Shown piece by piece: positions 50,384 through 63,170 of a stretch of DNA of 64,000 bases. The DNA comes from Eledone cirrhosa (lineage: Eukaryota), in contig OZ024746.1 in the NCBI GenBank assembly GCA_964016885.1, positions 75,888,001-75,952,000 of the forward strand. Reading direction: 5' to 3'. Below the pieces are notes generated by a model. That model worked only from the letters and a program-made list of their open reading frames with translations, was not told the DNA's origin and did not search any database. Position 1 is the stretch's first letter; each line of letters opens with the position of its first letter. The translations under genes and the position numbers were made by a program.

Positions 50384-50902
50384 CAGTGGTTCTCAACCAG
50401 GGTCTATATGGCCCCGGGGAGGAGGTCCGTATAAGAATTTTGGGTGTCACACAAAAAATAGTAAATTGGGGGTCCATGGTAATATTTTAGGGGTTCATGA
50501 AAAGTTTTTGCTTTAGAAATGATACTGAACAAAGGCAATAATTGTTTCTACTTTTGGCACCAGGCCAGCAATTATCCCAGTGCATTACTGGTACTTTATT
50601 TTATCGACCCCGTAAGGATGAAAGGCAAAGTTAACCTCGGCGGGATTTGAACTCAGATCATAAAGGGAGGTAACTCTATGCTTCAAAGCATGGCGCCCGA
50701 CCCTCTACCAATACTGCCAATCCACCGCGGCAATAATGACAACCAGAATCAGTGGTGATGGAGTGTAAAAGAATTTATATACATATACACACACACACAC
50801 GAATATTGTCTCTAGTTTATTTTCCTGGAGGACTTAGGCTGGTATTAAGGGTCCACCAGAGTTAAAAGGGTCCGTAGGTAAAAAAAGTTTCAGAGACCAC
50901 TG
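50384..50902. mobile_element. hAT (Buster-type) MITE containing a nested S2 SINE
   Basis: cagtggttctc.../...gagaccactg termini; flanks cattaagc/cattaaat (6/8 TSD); inserted in a SINE/RTE tail. Confidence 0.8.
50543..50728 (-). mobile_element. Young S2 SINE with 9-bp TSD
   Basis: ggcaataat at 50534-50542 and 50729-50737; CpGs retained; closely matches 11732-11915. Confidence 0.85.
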
Positions 50903-51068
50903 CATTAAATGGTGTTGTTGATGATGATGATTATATGGACACATACATATGTATGTGTCCATATATAAGTTTTTGCATGATAAAACATCACTTGCCTTGC
51001 AGTAGAACTGAACCCCAAACCCAAAGGCTGTGAAGTGAACTCTTACTCTTTAACCACACACCCATGCA

Positions 51069-51099
<31 letters not shown>

Positions 51100-51481
51100 A
51101 GTCCCTATGTAATTTTTTGCACGTCAATCAGCTTCTTTCCAGCAGGCTTATTTTTGTACTATGGCCAAATTTGATTTAAGCAGATTGAAGTGTAAGATAG
51201 TGTTACACACAGACATCGATATCCATGGCATCCTATATTTTATGAATATGTATGTCATATGATACAGTTACCTTTCTTCGTGTGTATTTTCTTCCACATC
51301 AGATTGTTTTTAGCGAATAACATAGGGTATAATATTTCATTTGATTAGAATGTAAATGTGCTAGTTTTTATTATTGAGGAGATTGTCTTATAGAATTGTG
51401 CCTGTATTAATATCAATACCATAATAGTCATAGCACCAATATTCCTACACATATACTTCATCTCTCTCCCCCTCTCTTTCT

Positions 51482-51525
<44 letters not shown>

Positions 51526-51528
<3 letters not shown>

Positions 51529-51682
51529 TTTTACTGGATTCAGTTATTAAATTGTGGCCATGCTCGAGTACTGCCTTTATTTAGTCAATCATATTGACCC
51601 CATTCCTTGTTTCTTTTTAAGTCTGGTACTTATTTTATTGATCTCTTTATATTTGATCTGCTAAATTATGGGACATAAATAC
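51526..51682 (-). mobile_element. SINE family S3 3' tail
   Basis: ttcttttact.gatttcagt...gtggccatgct.gagtactgcc...tggtacttattttattg. Confidence 0.65.
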
Positions 51683-52436
51683 AGACACACACACACAGAC
51701 ACATACATTCACACACACATACACTCACATCATTATATACTCCTATAATGGGTTTTTTAGGAAGTAAAGACTCAGTAATGTCAGCCAAGATGAAACTTTC
51801 TGTTTTATTCCCAAGTCTTTTGCTAATTAGTTAATATTAATTAGTTTAATTAATTACTGAAGGTTTTAAGACTTGTTGCTTAGTGTTTTGTGTTATGTCT
51901 GAATATAATTTTCATCACAGCTCAAAAATAACTTGTGTGATATGTGGGATTGGTTGTTTTGATTGACCCCTGGAAGATTCTCCCCTCCTCTCTCTCTCAA
52001 TCTCTCACTCTCTCCCGTTTATCTTACTTCACCCCTCTTTCTCTCACTCTCTTTGACATCCGTATAACGATTTCAGTGTGACACATTGTATCAAGTCTGG
52101 ACCTTTGAAGTGAAGTAGCCATTTACTGCTCCAGCTTACACCTATACAGGTTTAGCTGGCCTCAAGAACACATCTTGCTCAATCCAAGATTTGAACCTAT
52201 GATCTTATGATCAGGAGTCCCCAGCCTTAACCACTAGGCCACACACCTTCACACAAGACTTTTAGTTTACAGATACAATGGAGAAAGAAAGAGAGAGGAG
52301 AAGAGAAAGAGAAAGAATTGACCTCAATATTGGACCAGTTCCATTTTTATCAATCCCAAAATATGAAAGACGAAGTTTGCCTCAGTGGAAGTTGAATTCA
52401 GTGTGCAGAGAGAGGTGGAACAAATACTGCAGGGCA

Positions 52437-52510
<74 letters not shown>

Positions 52511-52669
52511 GAAATGAAATGAATATATACATGCGTGTGTATGTGATTTTGAGGATGGTTTGCCATTACAATAACACTGAATTGGCAAGCCATCTCTGAA
52601 CCAAATTTATCCTCTATTCTCTGTTTGTGTTTGCCGTAATCCTGTTATCTTATTTAACTAACTTTGCAA

Positions 52670-52732
52670 TCAATACCTGATGAGATCGCCTAAGTCTTAC
52701 ATCATGATCGGATGATCAAACAGGGCCATTGA
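52670..52732 (+). ncRNA. Degenerate hammerhead-like motif within a TA-flanked insertion (~52545-52962)
   Basis: tcaat..CTGATGA-gatc...gatc-AAAC...attga; G of GAAA lost. Confidence 0.35.
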
Positions 52733-52962
52733 AAAATGTATAGTGTTTTCATAAAATTAAAACTTTAAAGAATGTTTCCAGCCTGGCCTTATGTTGTTTT
52801 TAAATAAATATTTAACTCCATTCCTGCATCAGCCACAGGATACCACATCTATGATGGATGATTTGCATAATGTTGAGTGCTTTAATTTATTGCATCATTG
52901 TTTACTAACCGGAATGACCAGTTCTACCAATTGGTAAAACACATAACATAAATGGTATCATC

Positions 52963-53007
<45 letters not shown>

Positions 53008-53250
53008 TATATTTATAAGCATTATCAATTTTGGCTGTATATGTAGGTGTGTTTTTGTGCACCCCCGCATGTACGCAAACATACTTTTACACTAATCAAA
53101 TTGATATGGTTCTGAGGCATTTTATGTAAAGATATTTTTGGGGGGAAATTCACATCTGGTACATATTTAACTATCACTTCAGCCCATCATATTTCTTTCA
53201 TTCCATTTAACTGATATTCAGAACTGTAGTTCTATGAATTTTCTATATTC

Positions 53251-53513
53251 TTAACCCTTCTGTTACCATATTTCTAATGAAAAACTACTTATTTAAAATC
53301 ATTTTGAAAATAATCAAGAATTTAACGTGAAAGGGTTTAGTAAAATAACTAAGTTTCTCACAATTAAACTGGTATTTGGAACATAACTTAATAAAGGTTC
53401 TTACATAAAATTATGGTGAAAGGTTTTTAGATAAATATAAATACTTTAAAATGAGCAGTTTTGTATCACATGACTGAAAACAATTTCTAAAGGTTTGTAT
53501 TTAAAAGGTTCAA
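53251..53513. mobile_element. MITE family A
   Basis: ttaacccttc...aaaaggttca; followed by the remainder of an outer family A copy split by the LINE (53514-53565 and 55045-55120). Confidence 0.75.
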
Positions 53514-53564
53514 CTGATATTTAGAACATAACTTAAGCAAGGTTCATAAATAAAATTATGATGG

Positions 53565-55042
53565 TGAGTCTTTCAAGCACCTCCCAACATAGCGACAGAC
53601 ATACTCAACAACAGAGGAGGACTACCCTAAGGAGAAGAATATGGAAGTTAAAGGACCCCACAGCCAGTAACAAATTTAAAAGCATATTACTTGATATAAC
53701 AGAGGAGTTCAAGACTGGCTGCCCATAGGAACTTCTATATGCAGATGATCTAATGTTCAGCTGAATCGATGGATGAACTAGAGAAGAAATTCCAAACATG
53801 GAAGCATGGCCTAGAATCAAAAGGCCTTAAGGTTAACTTGTCTAAGACTAAAGTTCTAGTAGTTAGGAAGGAAATAGGGCACAGGTCCCCTCTGGGAAAT
53901 GACCATGCTCAGTGTGTAGGAAAGGAGTAGGCAGAAATTCCATTTTATGTCCCAAATGCAAAATATGGATGCATAAAAGATGTAGTGGGATCACAGGTAA
54001 ACTATCTAAGAACGTAGATTTTATATGTGGCCAGTGCTCAGGTGCAATAAGTAGCAAGTGCCCACAGGATACTAGCTCCTTCTATTGCCCAGATGGCTCT
54101 ATAGAAATAGTGGACACCTTCCGTTACCTGGGTGACAAAATCAGCAGTGGTGGAGGGTGCTCTGAAAATACAGTAGCCAGAGTCAGAATGGGATGGAAAA
54201 AGTTCATAGAGCTTAGACCAATATTCGCCACTAAAGGTTTCTCTCTAAAAATGAAAGGCACACTGTATGATGCCTGCATACAGGCAGCAATATTACATGG
54301 CAGTGCAACATGGGCATTGTGTGCAGAGGATCTGCGCAGACTGGAGAGGAACGAAGCATGCATGCTCCATTGGATGTGTAATAGTAATATATGTGAACAA
54401 CAAAGCATAAATGAACTAAGTGAGAAATTAGGTATAAGAGGGATCAGATGGTGTTTACTCGAGAGAAGACTACGTCGGTATGGCATGAAAGACGACAGCT
54501 GTATAAAAAAGTGCAGGGCGATCAAAATTGATGGAAGTTACGGAGTAGGCAGAACCAGAAAAACCTGGGATGATTTGATAAATTCCGACCTTACAGACAT
54601 CTCTCTAAGTCAATGTCACTGGACCGAGATCTTTGGTACTACGCAGTAATACAGAACACTCGCCATGCCTAAGTACAAAGCAAAATCTACAGTCAGTAGG
54701 CACCTCTTAATCAAATATACACCCCCATCCCACACCACCCCTTTCTCTGTAAAGTTATGTTGGTACCACAACATCCAGTCCTAAATAAATGAGGTCGTGT
54801 AGGTGTCACAACAAAAAATACACAGTCCACGCTGTAATGAGGCCGTGTAGGTAACACGGTAAAAACCTCCCAGTCCACACTGTAAACATGGTTGGTGTTA
54901 GGAAGGGTATCCAGCCATAGAAAACCTGCCAGACAGTCCTATATGAGAACGACGAATAATCTTGCCTCAAGTGGGACAATTCCCCTCTAAACCCATGCTA
55001 GCGTGGAAGATAGATGTTAAATGATGATGATGATGATGATGA
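53565..55042 (+). mobile_element. RTE-clade LINE, internally deleted, with 3' UTR and (GAT)n tail
   Basis: PRRRIWKLKD (endonuclease end) joined to EEFKTGCP*ELLYADDL (YADD 53738-53749), Cys-rich finger, FRYLGD, RVRMGWKKF, GRTRKTW. Confidence 0.9.
53912..54649 (+). pseudogene. RTE ORF remnant (RT thumb/C-terminal region with PHD-like finger), 245 aa
   Basis: ORF track; upstream stops and frameshifts show it is not an intact gene. Confidence 0.85.
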
Positions 55043-55116
55043 TTATTAACAATTTAAAATAAGCAATGTTGCATCTTAGAACTGGGTTAGTTTCAAGTGG
55101 TTTGGTAGTAAAAGCG

Positions 55117-55355
55117 TTAACCCATTTTATATCAATCAGGCCAAAACCAGCTCTGATTCTATGAAACAAAACCAGTCATTTTAAAGTGTTCCCATTTAAA
55201 TGAAAATCTTCCAACATAATTTTATATAAGAACCATATGCTAATTTACTATCTTAGTAAGAAAGATAATAAATAGTTTTAATAAATCCCTGGTAAGTCTA
55301 CATTAGTTAATTGAAAGAGTGTATTTCATTAGATATATGACCACAAAAGGGTTAA
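55117..55355. mobile_element. MITE family A (reverse orientation), sharing a TTAA with the preceding copy
   Basis: ttaacccatttt...caaaagggttaa. Confidence 0.7.
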
Positions 55356-55635
55356 AGGTGTACCTTAAAAATTTGTTCCTAAATGTAAGATTACTGTTAT
55401 GTTTAAAACATTTAGTTGCTGTGTTTCTGTTAGATATTTATGTTTGATTAACCATATAGAGGATTTATGATTCCAGCTATGACCATCCTTTTTCCTATGT
55501 GCAGGGATTCCAGGATTACATTAACAAATGTGTTATTTTTATCTAACATATTAGGGGGTGATTTGAGGGCAATTTGGCTGCTATTCGTAGCAGTTTGAGC
55601 GAATATTTAGAGGCTTCTTTATTGGTTTACGTAAA

Positions 55636-55864
55636 AGAAATTTGCAGCTCACACCTATGCAGGTTTAGCTGGCTTTCTATGAGGTTACATCTCATGGAAG
55701 GTTTCTTGAGGGTTTTAAAAATAGGGGTTCCAGTTTTATCATGAAAAGCAATGCGAAATGATGTGTCTTGCTACAGAACACAATGTGCCATCCTGTCCAG
55801 GAATTGAACCCACAGCCTTATGGTTGTCAGTTCAACACTCTTACCACTAAGCTACACATCTTCA
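55636..55864 (-). mobile_element. CORE-headed SINE with tail 2
   Basis: aaatttgcagctcacacctat...accactaagctacacatcttc. Confidence 0.75.
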
Positions 55865-56292
55865 CATAACCTTTTGTAATTCAACAACCGGAAACTGCAA
55901 TATTCTTTCTTAGATGATATGTGTATGTACTATGGGATAATGAAAAGCACCAAGATGGCAAGGCACAACCAAGATTAGGAATTCTAAAGTGGAATGTATA
56001 CTCTGTAAGGATACCCTGGAATTCTTTTTATTTTGAAGGGAAGGATGAGAAACTTTGGAGCTGGGGATCTACTTTATTATGACTATCAGTTTCTTAGAAG
56101 GCCCTTTAGTAAGTTAAAACCTTTGATATTTACTCCCTCCCCAATCCCCCCCTCTCTCTCTATATATATATATATACACACACACATACATTATACGTGC
56201 GTGCACACACATGCACACACACGCATATGTATATAAACAAGCATCATGTATGAAGCTCAATCCTTTGGATTTACAAAGCACTGAGGAAATAG

Positions 56293-56672
56293 ATTTATAA
56301 GATGTAGGATGCTAAAGCACTGAAAATAACTGCAATTACGGTCAGTTGCTATAAAATAGCTTATAAAAATCAAGTGAAGACCCTTAGAGACAGAAAAAAG
56401 ATGTCAGCGGCTGCTATGAAGAATCAAAGTATCTCTCACATACTGGGTGGCTGCTCTCACCATTGCTTGATTCAGCTCCTTAATTTAGATAGTAAGATGT
56501 TATCAGGGATCTCTGAGAGATACGGAGTTCGATTCTTCGCAGTGGTTGCTGGCAACATCTTTTTCCATCTTAATCCAATTGGGTCTTGATCCAATTTTTA
56601 TAAGCTATTTTATAACAACTGACTGTAATTGCAGTTATTTTCTGTGCTTGAGCATCCTATATCTTCTATAAA
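56293..56672. mobile_element. tRNA-headed element as a head-to-head inverted pair (full copy on -, 5'-truncated copy on +)
   Basis: 56293-56438 mirrors 56512-56672; B box GGAGTTCGATTC at 56524-56535; head aggagc...caatggtgagagc shared with 30021-30050. Confidence 0.7.
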
Positions 56673-56958
56673 TAAATATATATATAATGAAATGAAAAAT
56701 GAAATATCCATCCATTCATCCTTACTTTCTGATTTTCCCTTCCTTCTTTTCTTTTTTACTTCTTTCCTTCTAAGAAGTTTCATAAAAGAAGCTACCGCTT
56801 TTGCTACTGTCTTTCCTGCAGGCACCATCTTGCAACAGTTTAAACAGAATGTTATCAGCATTAATCTCACCAATCTCAGATGATTTGCAAAGGCCATTGG
56901 CACAGCTCCTTCTTCCAAACCTTGAAGTTGGGTGGGAAAATGTTAGGTATTCAGAGTA

Positions 56959-57491
56959 AGCCTTTTGTTACCATATTTCCAATAAAAAACACTGCTTATG
57001 GTTTTCAAATCATCATCATCATCATCATTTCATTTTACGTCCGCTTTTTCCCTGCTTGCAAGGGTGGGACGGGAACTAATTCTGGCTTGATTTCTACAGT
57101 TGGATGCCCTTCCTAACACCAACCTCATTTACAGTGAGTGTTGGGTGCTTTTTTGCCGTGGCACCTCCACGACCACTTTGCAGTGGAATGATATGGACCC
57201 CAGTCCCTATCATCTCATTTCTACAGCTGAGTAAACTGGAGCAATGTGAAATAAAGTGTCTTGCTCAAAGAAACAACACATCATAGTTTTGAAAATAATC
57301 AAGAATTTGAAGGGATTTTGTAATATAACTAACTTTCTCATTATTAAGTTGGTGTTTGGAACATAACTGTACAAAGGTTTTTACATAAAATTATGAAGAA
57401 AGGTTTTTAGATAAATATATATATTTTAAAACAAACAATTTTGTATCATGGATTCAGGGAGTTTAAGGTAGTTTGGCATCAAAAGGGTTAA
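56959..57491. mobile_element. MITE family A interrupted by S1 SINE (57010-57283, -)
   Basis: ccttttgttaccatatttc ... aaaagggttaa; inserted SINE matches 44664-44940. Confidence 0.8.
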
Positions 57492-58126
57492 ACAGTTGAT
57501 CTAGTAAAATCTTTTACTTTGTCTTGAATCTTATTCTTGGTTTTTGTTATTGTTGTTTTTTTTGTCTACCTGGTCATGGTGATTGAACTAGCTAAATAGC
57601 TACCTCTAAATTTTGTCTCAATTTTTGAGATAATTAAACTTGAACTCATCTTGATATACATTCCAGATTCAATATTTTCTTTAAATAACATTTTGTTACC
57701 TATTTTTAATATTTTCTTAATTTCAGTGTAAACTATTTGTTTTGGCTAATTTGATCTTGTTGCAATATTGCATATGAGATATTCCGATTTGTTCACAGAA
57801 GACTAGGCGGATAGTTGCTATGGAAAACATATCACTTCAGCTTCAAACATTTTATTATTAATGTGTTACCATTCTTTGAACCATAAAACAGTATTTGGCC
57901 TGAGGAATTCACATGTTATTCGTATAGAAATATCAGCAGAATAATTCACTAATAACAACTGCAAATTTCTTTAACGCATAACATCCTATAATAATGTAGC
58001 AGAAAATATCTAAAAACAGATTTTTAAAATTCAAATGTTTATAGTATCTTTACTATTGTACAGATCATTGTGAAAATTTGCATTACAATTGTTTCACAAT
58101 TTACCTACAGCAATTGGTTTATTTTG

Positions 58127-58195
<69 letters not shown>

Positions 58196-58220
58196 ATATA
58201 TATATATATATATATATATA

Positions 58221-58252
<32 letters not shown>

Positions 58253-58253
<1 letters not shown>

Positions 58254-58592
58254 GGATGTATAATATTAGTGTCCATGAGCTGAGAGAAAAACTGGGCATA
58301 AGTGGAATCAAATGTAGTGTGCAGGAAAGAAGATTGTGCTGGTGTGGATGTGGTGTGTATGAATGGTGTTTGGTAAGTGAAGAAATGCCAAGAGGTTCCA
58401 GTGGTCCCTTGAAGCTGCAATCGAGGAAGACCATGGAAGACCTGAGCAAAAGTAGTGAGAGCTGATATCAACATGCTGAACCTCACAAAGCAGATGATGT
58501 GGGAACACAACGTTAAAGGCTGTATTGGGAAAGACCCCTCCAACCCATGCAAGCATGGAAAAATGCTGCTGCTGGCAGTGGTGATGAAGACG
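58253..58592 (+). mobile_element. RTE LINE 3' fragment with aacccatgcaagcatggaa tail
   Basis: WMYNISVHELREKLGISGIKCSVQERRLCWCG. Confidence 0.75.
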
Positions 58593-58598
58593 AGTACG

Positions 58599-58713
<115 letters not shown>

Positions 58714-59301
58714 TAGTAAGTTGAGTTATTGCTTAGTAGAGGTAGGTATTAGGGAAACGTGTTCCAGTTATATTTAGATGTGGGATTACAAGGGGGAAGG
58801 AGCAAGAGTGTTGGAAGCTGAGGAAGATAGATAGAATTCATAAAAGAGACATGCTAGAGAGGGCTGGCTAGGAAATAGTAAGATTTGAGTCAATAGTGGA
58901 ATTGCTGAGAAAAAAAAAAAACCAAGAGATGAAATAATTGAAAGCATCCTAAAGACTCCATAGAAATTATCAATAAGAATCAAATTTCAGTTTTGCTGTT
59001 TTCACTACGGTGAGAATTAGACCAACGTACTCATATTTGTAGATGGTGTATATATTGAGATAATCTATAATTAATTAGTTGATGAGAAAAACAAAATGTG
59101 TGTGTGTGTGTGTAAAGGGCCCTTGGTAGAGAAAGGTTGGGAACTTCTGGGTTATAGAGTCATTACTAGTAGACAGACCATTGTGAAAAATTGCAGTATT
59201 AGAGTAAATATTTTAATTTTTAACATGATGTACTCATAGTGATGTTTTGTACTTTTCAAGAATGTCTTTCTTATGTAGTTTAATTTGATACAGGATATCA
59301 G

Positions 59302-59490
59302 GATTGGCAGTATAGGTAGAGCGTCAGACACTATGCTTTGCAGCACAGAGTTATGGCCTTTTACATTCTGAGTTCAAATCCCACTGAGATTAACTTTGCC
59401 TTTCATTATTACGGGGTCAATAAAATAAAGCACCAATAATGCACTGGGATAATTGCTGGCCTTGTGCCAAAATGTTGAAACAATTATTAT
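59302..59490 (+). mobile_element. SINE family S2
   Basis: gattggcagtataggtagagcg...gagttcaaatccc...aattgctggccttgtgcc. Confidence 0.8.
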
Positions 59491-60545
59491 TTAATGTTTA
59501 TTTTTCCATGCTGGCATAAATTTGACAAGTCATCAAGGACTAAGTTAGTATTTAATCAGAGTTACTGTCCTCACACCACTGGGTGAGGGGTTTACATTTC
59601 ATTTACATTCCGGTTTTGGCATAATTTCTATGGCTGGATACCTTTCATATCACCAACCACTTTACAGATATTAACTCCCAACACCCTGTGATGGTTAAAA
59701 AAAACATGTAAAAATAGGTTTGTTTATTCAAATGTTTACAGTGTCTTTGGATAGATTGTTGTGAAAATTTGCAATAGACTAAAGACTTCAATTTTTAATG
59801 AGATGCAGTCACAGTGCTGTTTTGTACTTTTTTCAAAAGTTTCTTGCTAATGTGGTTTCATGTGTTACAGGACGTTAACAGCTAATTTCCAATATTCTCT
59901 AAATCTATAGATTCTGCTATATGCAGCATGTGGTGACAGCAAGATTAGTTGTTTTATTCCTGTGTATAAAATAAATATAAAATATATTCTGACAGTTTTG
60001 TTTACAGCTTGAAGTTGTCTATTTAAATGGGAGAAGTAATTTCATGCTACACTAGACATAAATCATTGCTTTCCTAAAACATTTCTACCTTATTCAGTCT
60101 CATTAATATCTTGGAAACATTCTTCAAACAGTGCCCTACCACCACCACCACACACATGCACACTCACACACTACCCACTGTAATAAAGATATATAAATAT
60201 ATTCAAAGGTAAATAATTATATATATATGTGTGGGGTGGAGGAATGTGTGTGTATTTGTATATGTATGCATGTCCGTGCATATATATATATATATATGCA
60301 TGTGCTTGTTTGAAGCAGAAGCTTGGTGATGGTATATGTATATACATATATATATATATAAATGTATATGCTGTCTTTTAAATTTAAATTTTCTCATAAC
60401 TAGAACTAAAGAAATGGTGTCTTGATAGATTGTCAATGTACCCAGAGATGATTTTACAGAGATCAGCAGATAACAACTTGTATATTTATCTTGAGGGTCA
60501 GAATGAAAGAACCTTTTTGTTTTTTTAAAATCTTCTATAGTTGAT

Positions 60546-60546
<1 letters not shown>

Positions 60547-60627
<81 letters not shown>
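60547..60627. repeat. (CA)n microsatellite
   Basis: Direct inspection. Confidence 0.95.
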
Positions 60628-60629
<2 letters not shown>

Positions 60630-60849
60630 ACATATATATGTTGAACAATGAAAACAAAAGGCAAAGTTTAGTGCTTAATCAGTTCATTGTTTTACCATTG
60701 TTTCAGAAGGTTGAATGATCATGATAAATTGATATAGTGACTAATTGATAGTAGTTATGTGATAACAAAATCTAATATGATGAAAACCTACAACAAAAAC
60801 AAGAACTCTCATCAATTTGGAGTTAATACCAGTTGACAGGTAGATACAA

Positions 60850-60893
<44 letters not shown>

Positions 60894-60896
<3 letters not shown>

Positions 60897-61274
60897 GAAG
60901 TTCTATTTAAATTGTTGGGATACAACAAGCAAATATTTTTATAACTGATATAAAGCACTCAACAAATTATTGGAGTAAAAATACGATATATTAACAAATG
61001 GAAACTATATTTATAAAACCATATTTATTTCATTATACATATTTCAAGGACATCAAGTTAAATTATGGTGTGCTTTCATCAGATAAAATATAATATAGAG
61101 CTTCCAACAGAAATGGTCGCATTCTTTAAGGATATGTCAATATTTATTTATAAAACTGCTCTATATTATATTTTATCTGATGAAAGCACACCATAATTTA
61201 ACTTGATGTCCTTGAAATATGTATAATGAAATAAATATGGTTTTATAAATATAGTTTCCATTTGTTAATATATC
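60894..61274. mobile_element. (TA)n-embedded Penelope-like element with perfect 117-bp inverted repeat and paired hammerhead-like motifs
   Basis: 60985-61101 is the exact reverse complement of 61158-61274; CTGATGA 61177-61183 and GAAA 61214-61217, mirrored on the minus strand. Confidence 0.75.
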
Positions 61275-61326
61275 ATATATATATATATATGTCCCACCCT
61301 TGCAAGCAGGGAAAAGCGAAATGATG

Positions 61327-61354
<28 letters not shown>

Positions 61355-61357
<3 letters not shown>

Positions 61358-62210
61358 CTTGCTCAGTGAGCAGGGAAGGAGTAGGTAGAAATTCCATCCT
61401 ATGACCTAAATGCAAACTATGGGTTTGCATAAGATGTAGTGGGATCACTTTCAGGCTGTCAAAGAACATAGGTTTTATATGTGACCAATGCTCTGGAGCA
61501 GTAAGTAGCAAGAGCCCACTAGTTACTAACTCCTTCAAATGCCCAGAAGGCTCTGTAGAAATAGTTGACAGTTTCTGTTACCTAGATGACCAAATTAGCA
61601 GTGGAGGAGGGTGTTCCAAAAGTACAGTATCCAGAGTAAGAACAGGATGGAGAAAGTTCAGAAAGCTACTACCACTGCTAGCTATAAAAGATTTTTCTCT
61701 CAAAGTGAAGGGCCACATTGTATAATGCATGTATATGAACAGAAATGTCTCATAGTAGTGAGACCTGCAAAGATTGGAAAGAAATGAAGCCTGCACGCTC
61801 CAATGGATGTGTAATAGTAATATATGCAAACGGCAAAGCATAAATGAACTGAGAGAGAAACTAGGCATAAGAGGGATCAGATGCAGTATGCAGGAGAGGA
61901 TATTGTGTTGGTGTGGACATGTGATGCATATGAAGGATGACAGGAGCAGAGTGCTCAAAGTTGATGAGGTGATAAAAGCTGACCTTGCACAAATGAAGCT
62001 CTCAAAGGCCAAGATCTCTGGCATTAATTCAGTAATACAGAAGACCTGCCTTCCCATGAACACAAGCTGAAGCATACATCTAGTATGCACCACCTTCACC
62101 TCTATCTCCCTTTTCATACACCTCCCACATCTGCACCCATGTCCTAACACTCTGCCCCCCCCCCCCCCCCCCCCCCCCTCCCCACCAAAGTCTCCAGTCC
62201 ATACTGTAAT
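61355..62210 (+). mobile_element. RTE LINE fragment, same family as 53565-55042
   Basis: WPCSVSREGVGRNSIL, FCYLDD, RVRTGWRKF, LERNEACTLQWMCN, WCGHVMHM; ccagtccatactgtaa 3' UTR remnant. Confidence 0.85.
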
Positions 62211-63170
62211 ATACTCAGCAGCTTGTTTCCAATAAACTCTAAATATGAAATATGTTACCTCTCTTCATCTGTCATCCCCCCCCCCCCCCAAAGGTTATCT
62301 TTTCTTTTTACACAGCTAATAATTATTGCCCCTTTCTTTGGAACTCTTTTATAAAAGAACTGAACCAATACAAATGTTCATTTGACGAACTGAGAGAGTA
62401 TATTAAACCCTCCCAGTGAAACACATGTGTTCAGAAAATGTACTGCTGATATAATAAAAACACGCACTATATATATATATATATATGATGATAATGATGA
62501 TATATACATATATGATTATTTTTTCCAAAATCATATAAGTTATTCTGTTAAGATATCTGATGCAAATATTTTGACATCCTATGTTGTTATCTTCCTATCC
62601 TTGACTAGCCTGTACCTTTCTAATTAACAGAGTCACTACAGATTATTTAGTCACAGGGGCTGAACCTTACATACTAGTACTGCTATTGCTGCTGCTGCCA
62701 CAACTACTATTACTACTGCAGTTTCCTTGTTGACTTGAATGTATTGAGTTCAATTCCTTATTATTCTCACTGGGAATGGCTTTGCATTTCATCACTCCAG
62801 AGTTGAAATGAGTGGTCTCTAAAACTAGATACCAGTAATATACTGAAATCTATTCCCTTGAAAATAACCCCCCCCCCAACACACACACTAAAGATAGTTA
62901 ATAAAAAAAAGAAATAAAAGAAATAGACTATTATGCCAAGTTTTAGCAATGGTTGTCATTAGAAACATTCACTATTCAGATGGAATATTTTACTAACAGC
63001 TGGGATTACAGCCTGTCAAACACATGTTGGTAGAATATCTCTTTGCAAGAAACTATATGTAAATGAAAGGCTGACTTAGAATAGTGAATTATATATTATA
63101 TCCATTCAATTTGACAGTGGTTGGTTGGCTGGTTGGCATTAAATAGTTCTATAATGATAGAATAGTATTT

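Noticed and set aside
57899-57940. CTGAGGA...GAAA hammerhead candidate
   Set aside because: No convincing stem I, II or III pairing
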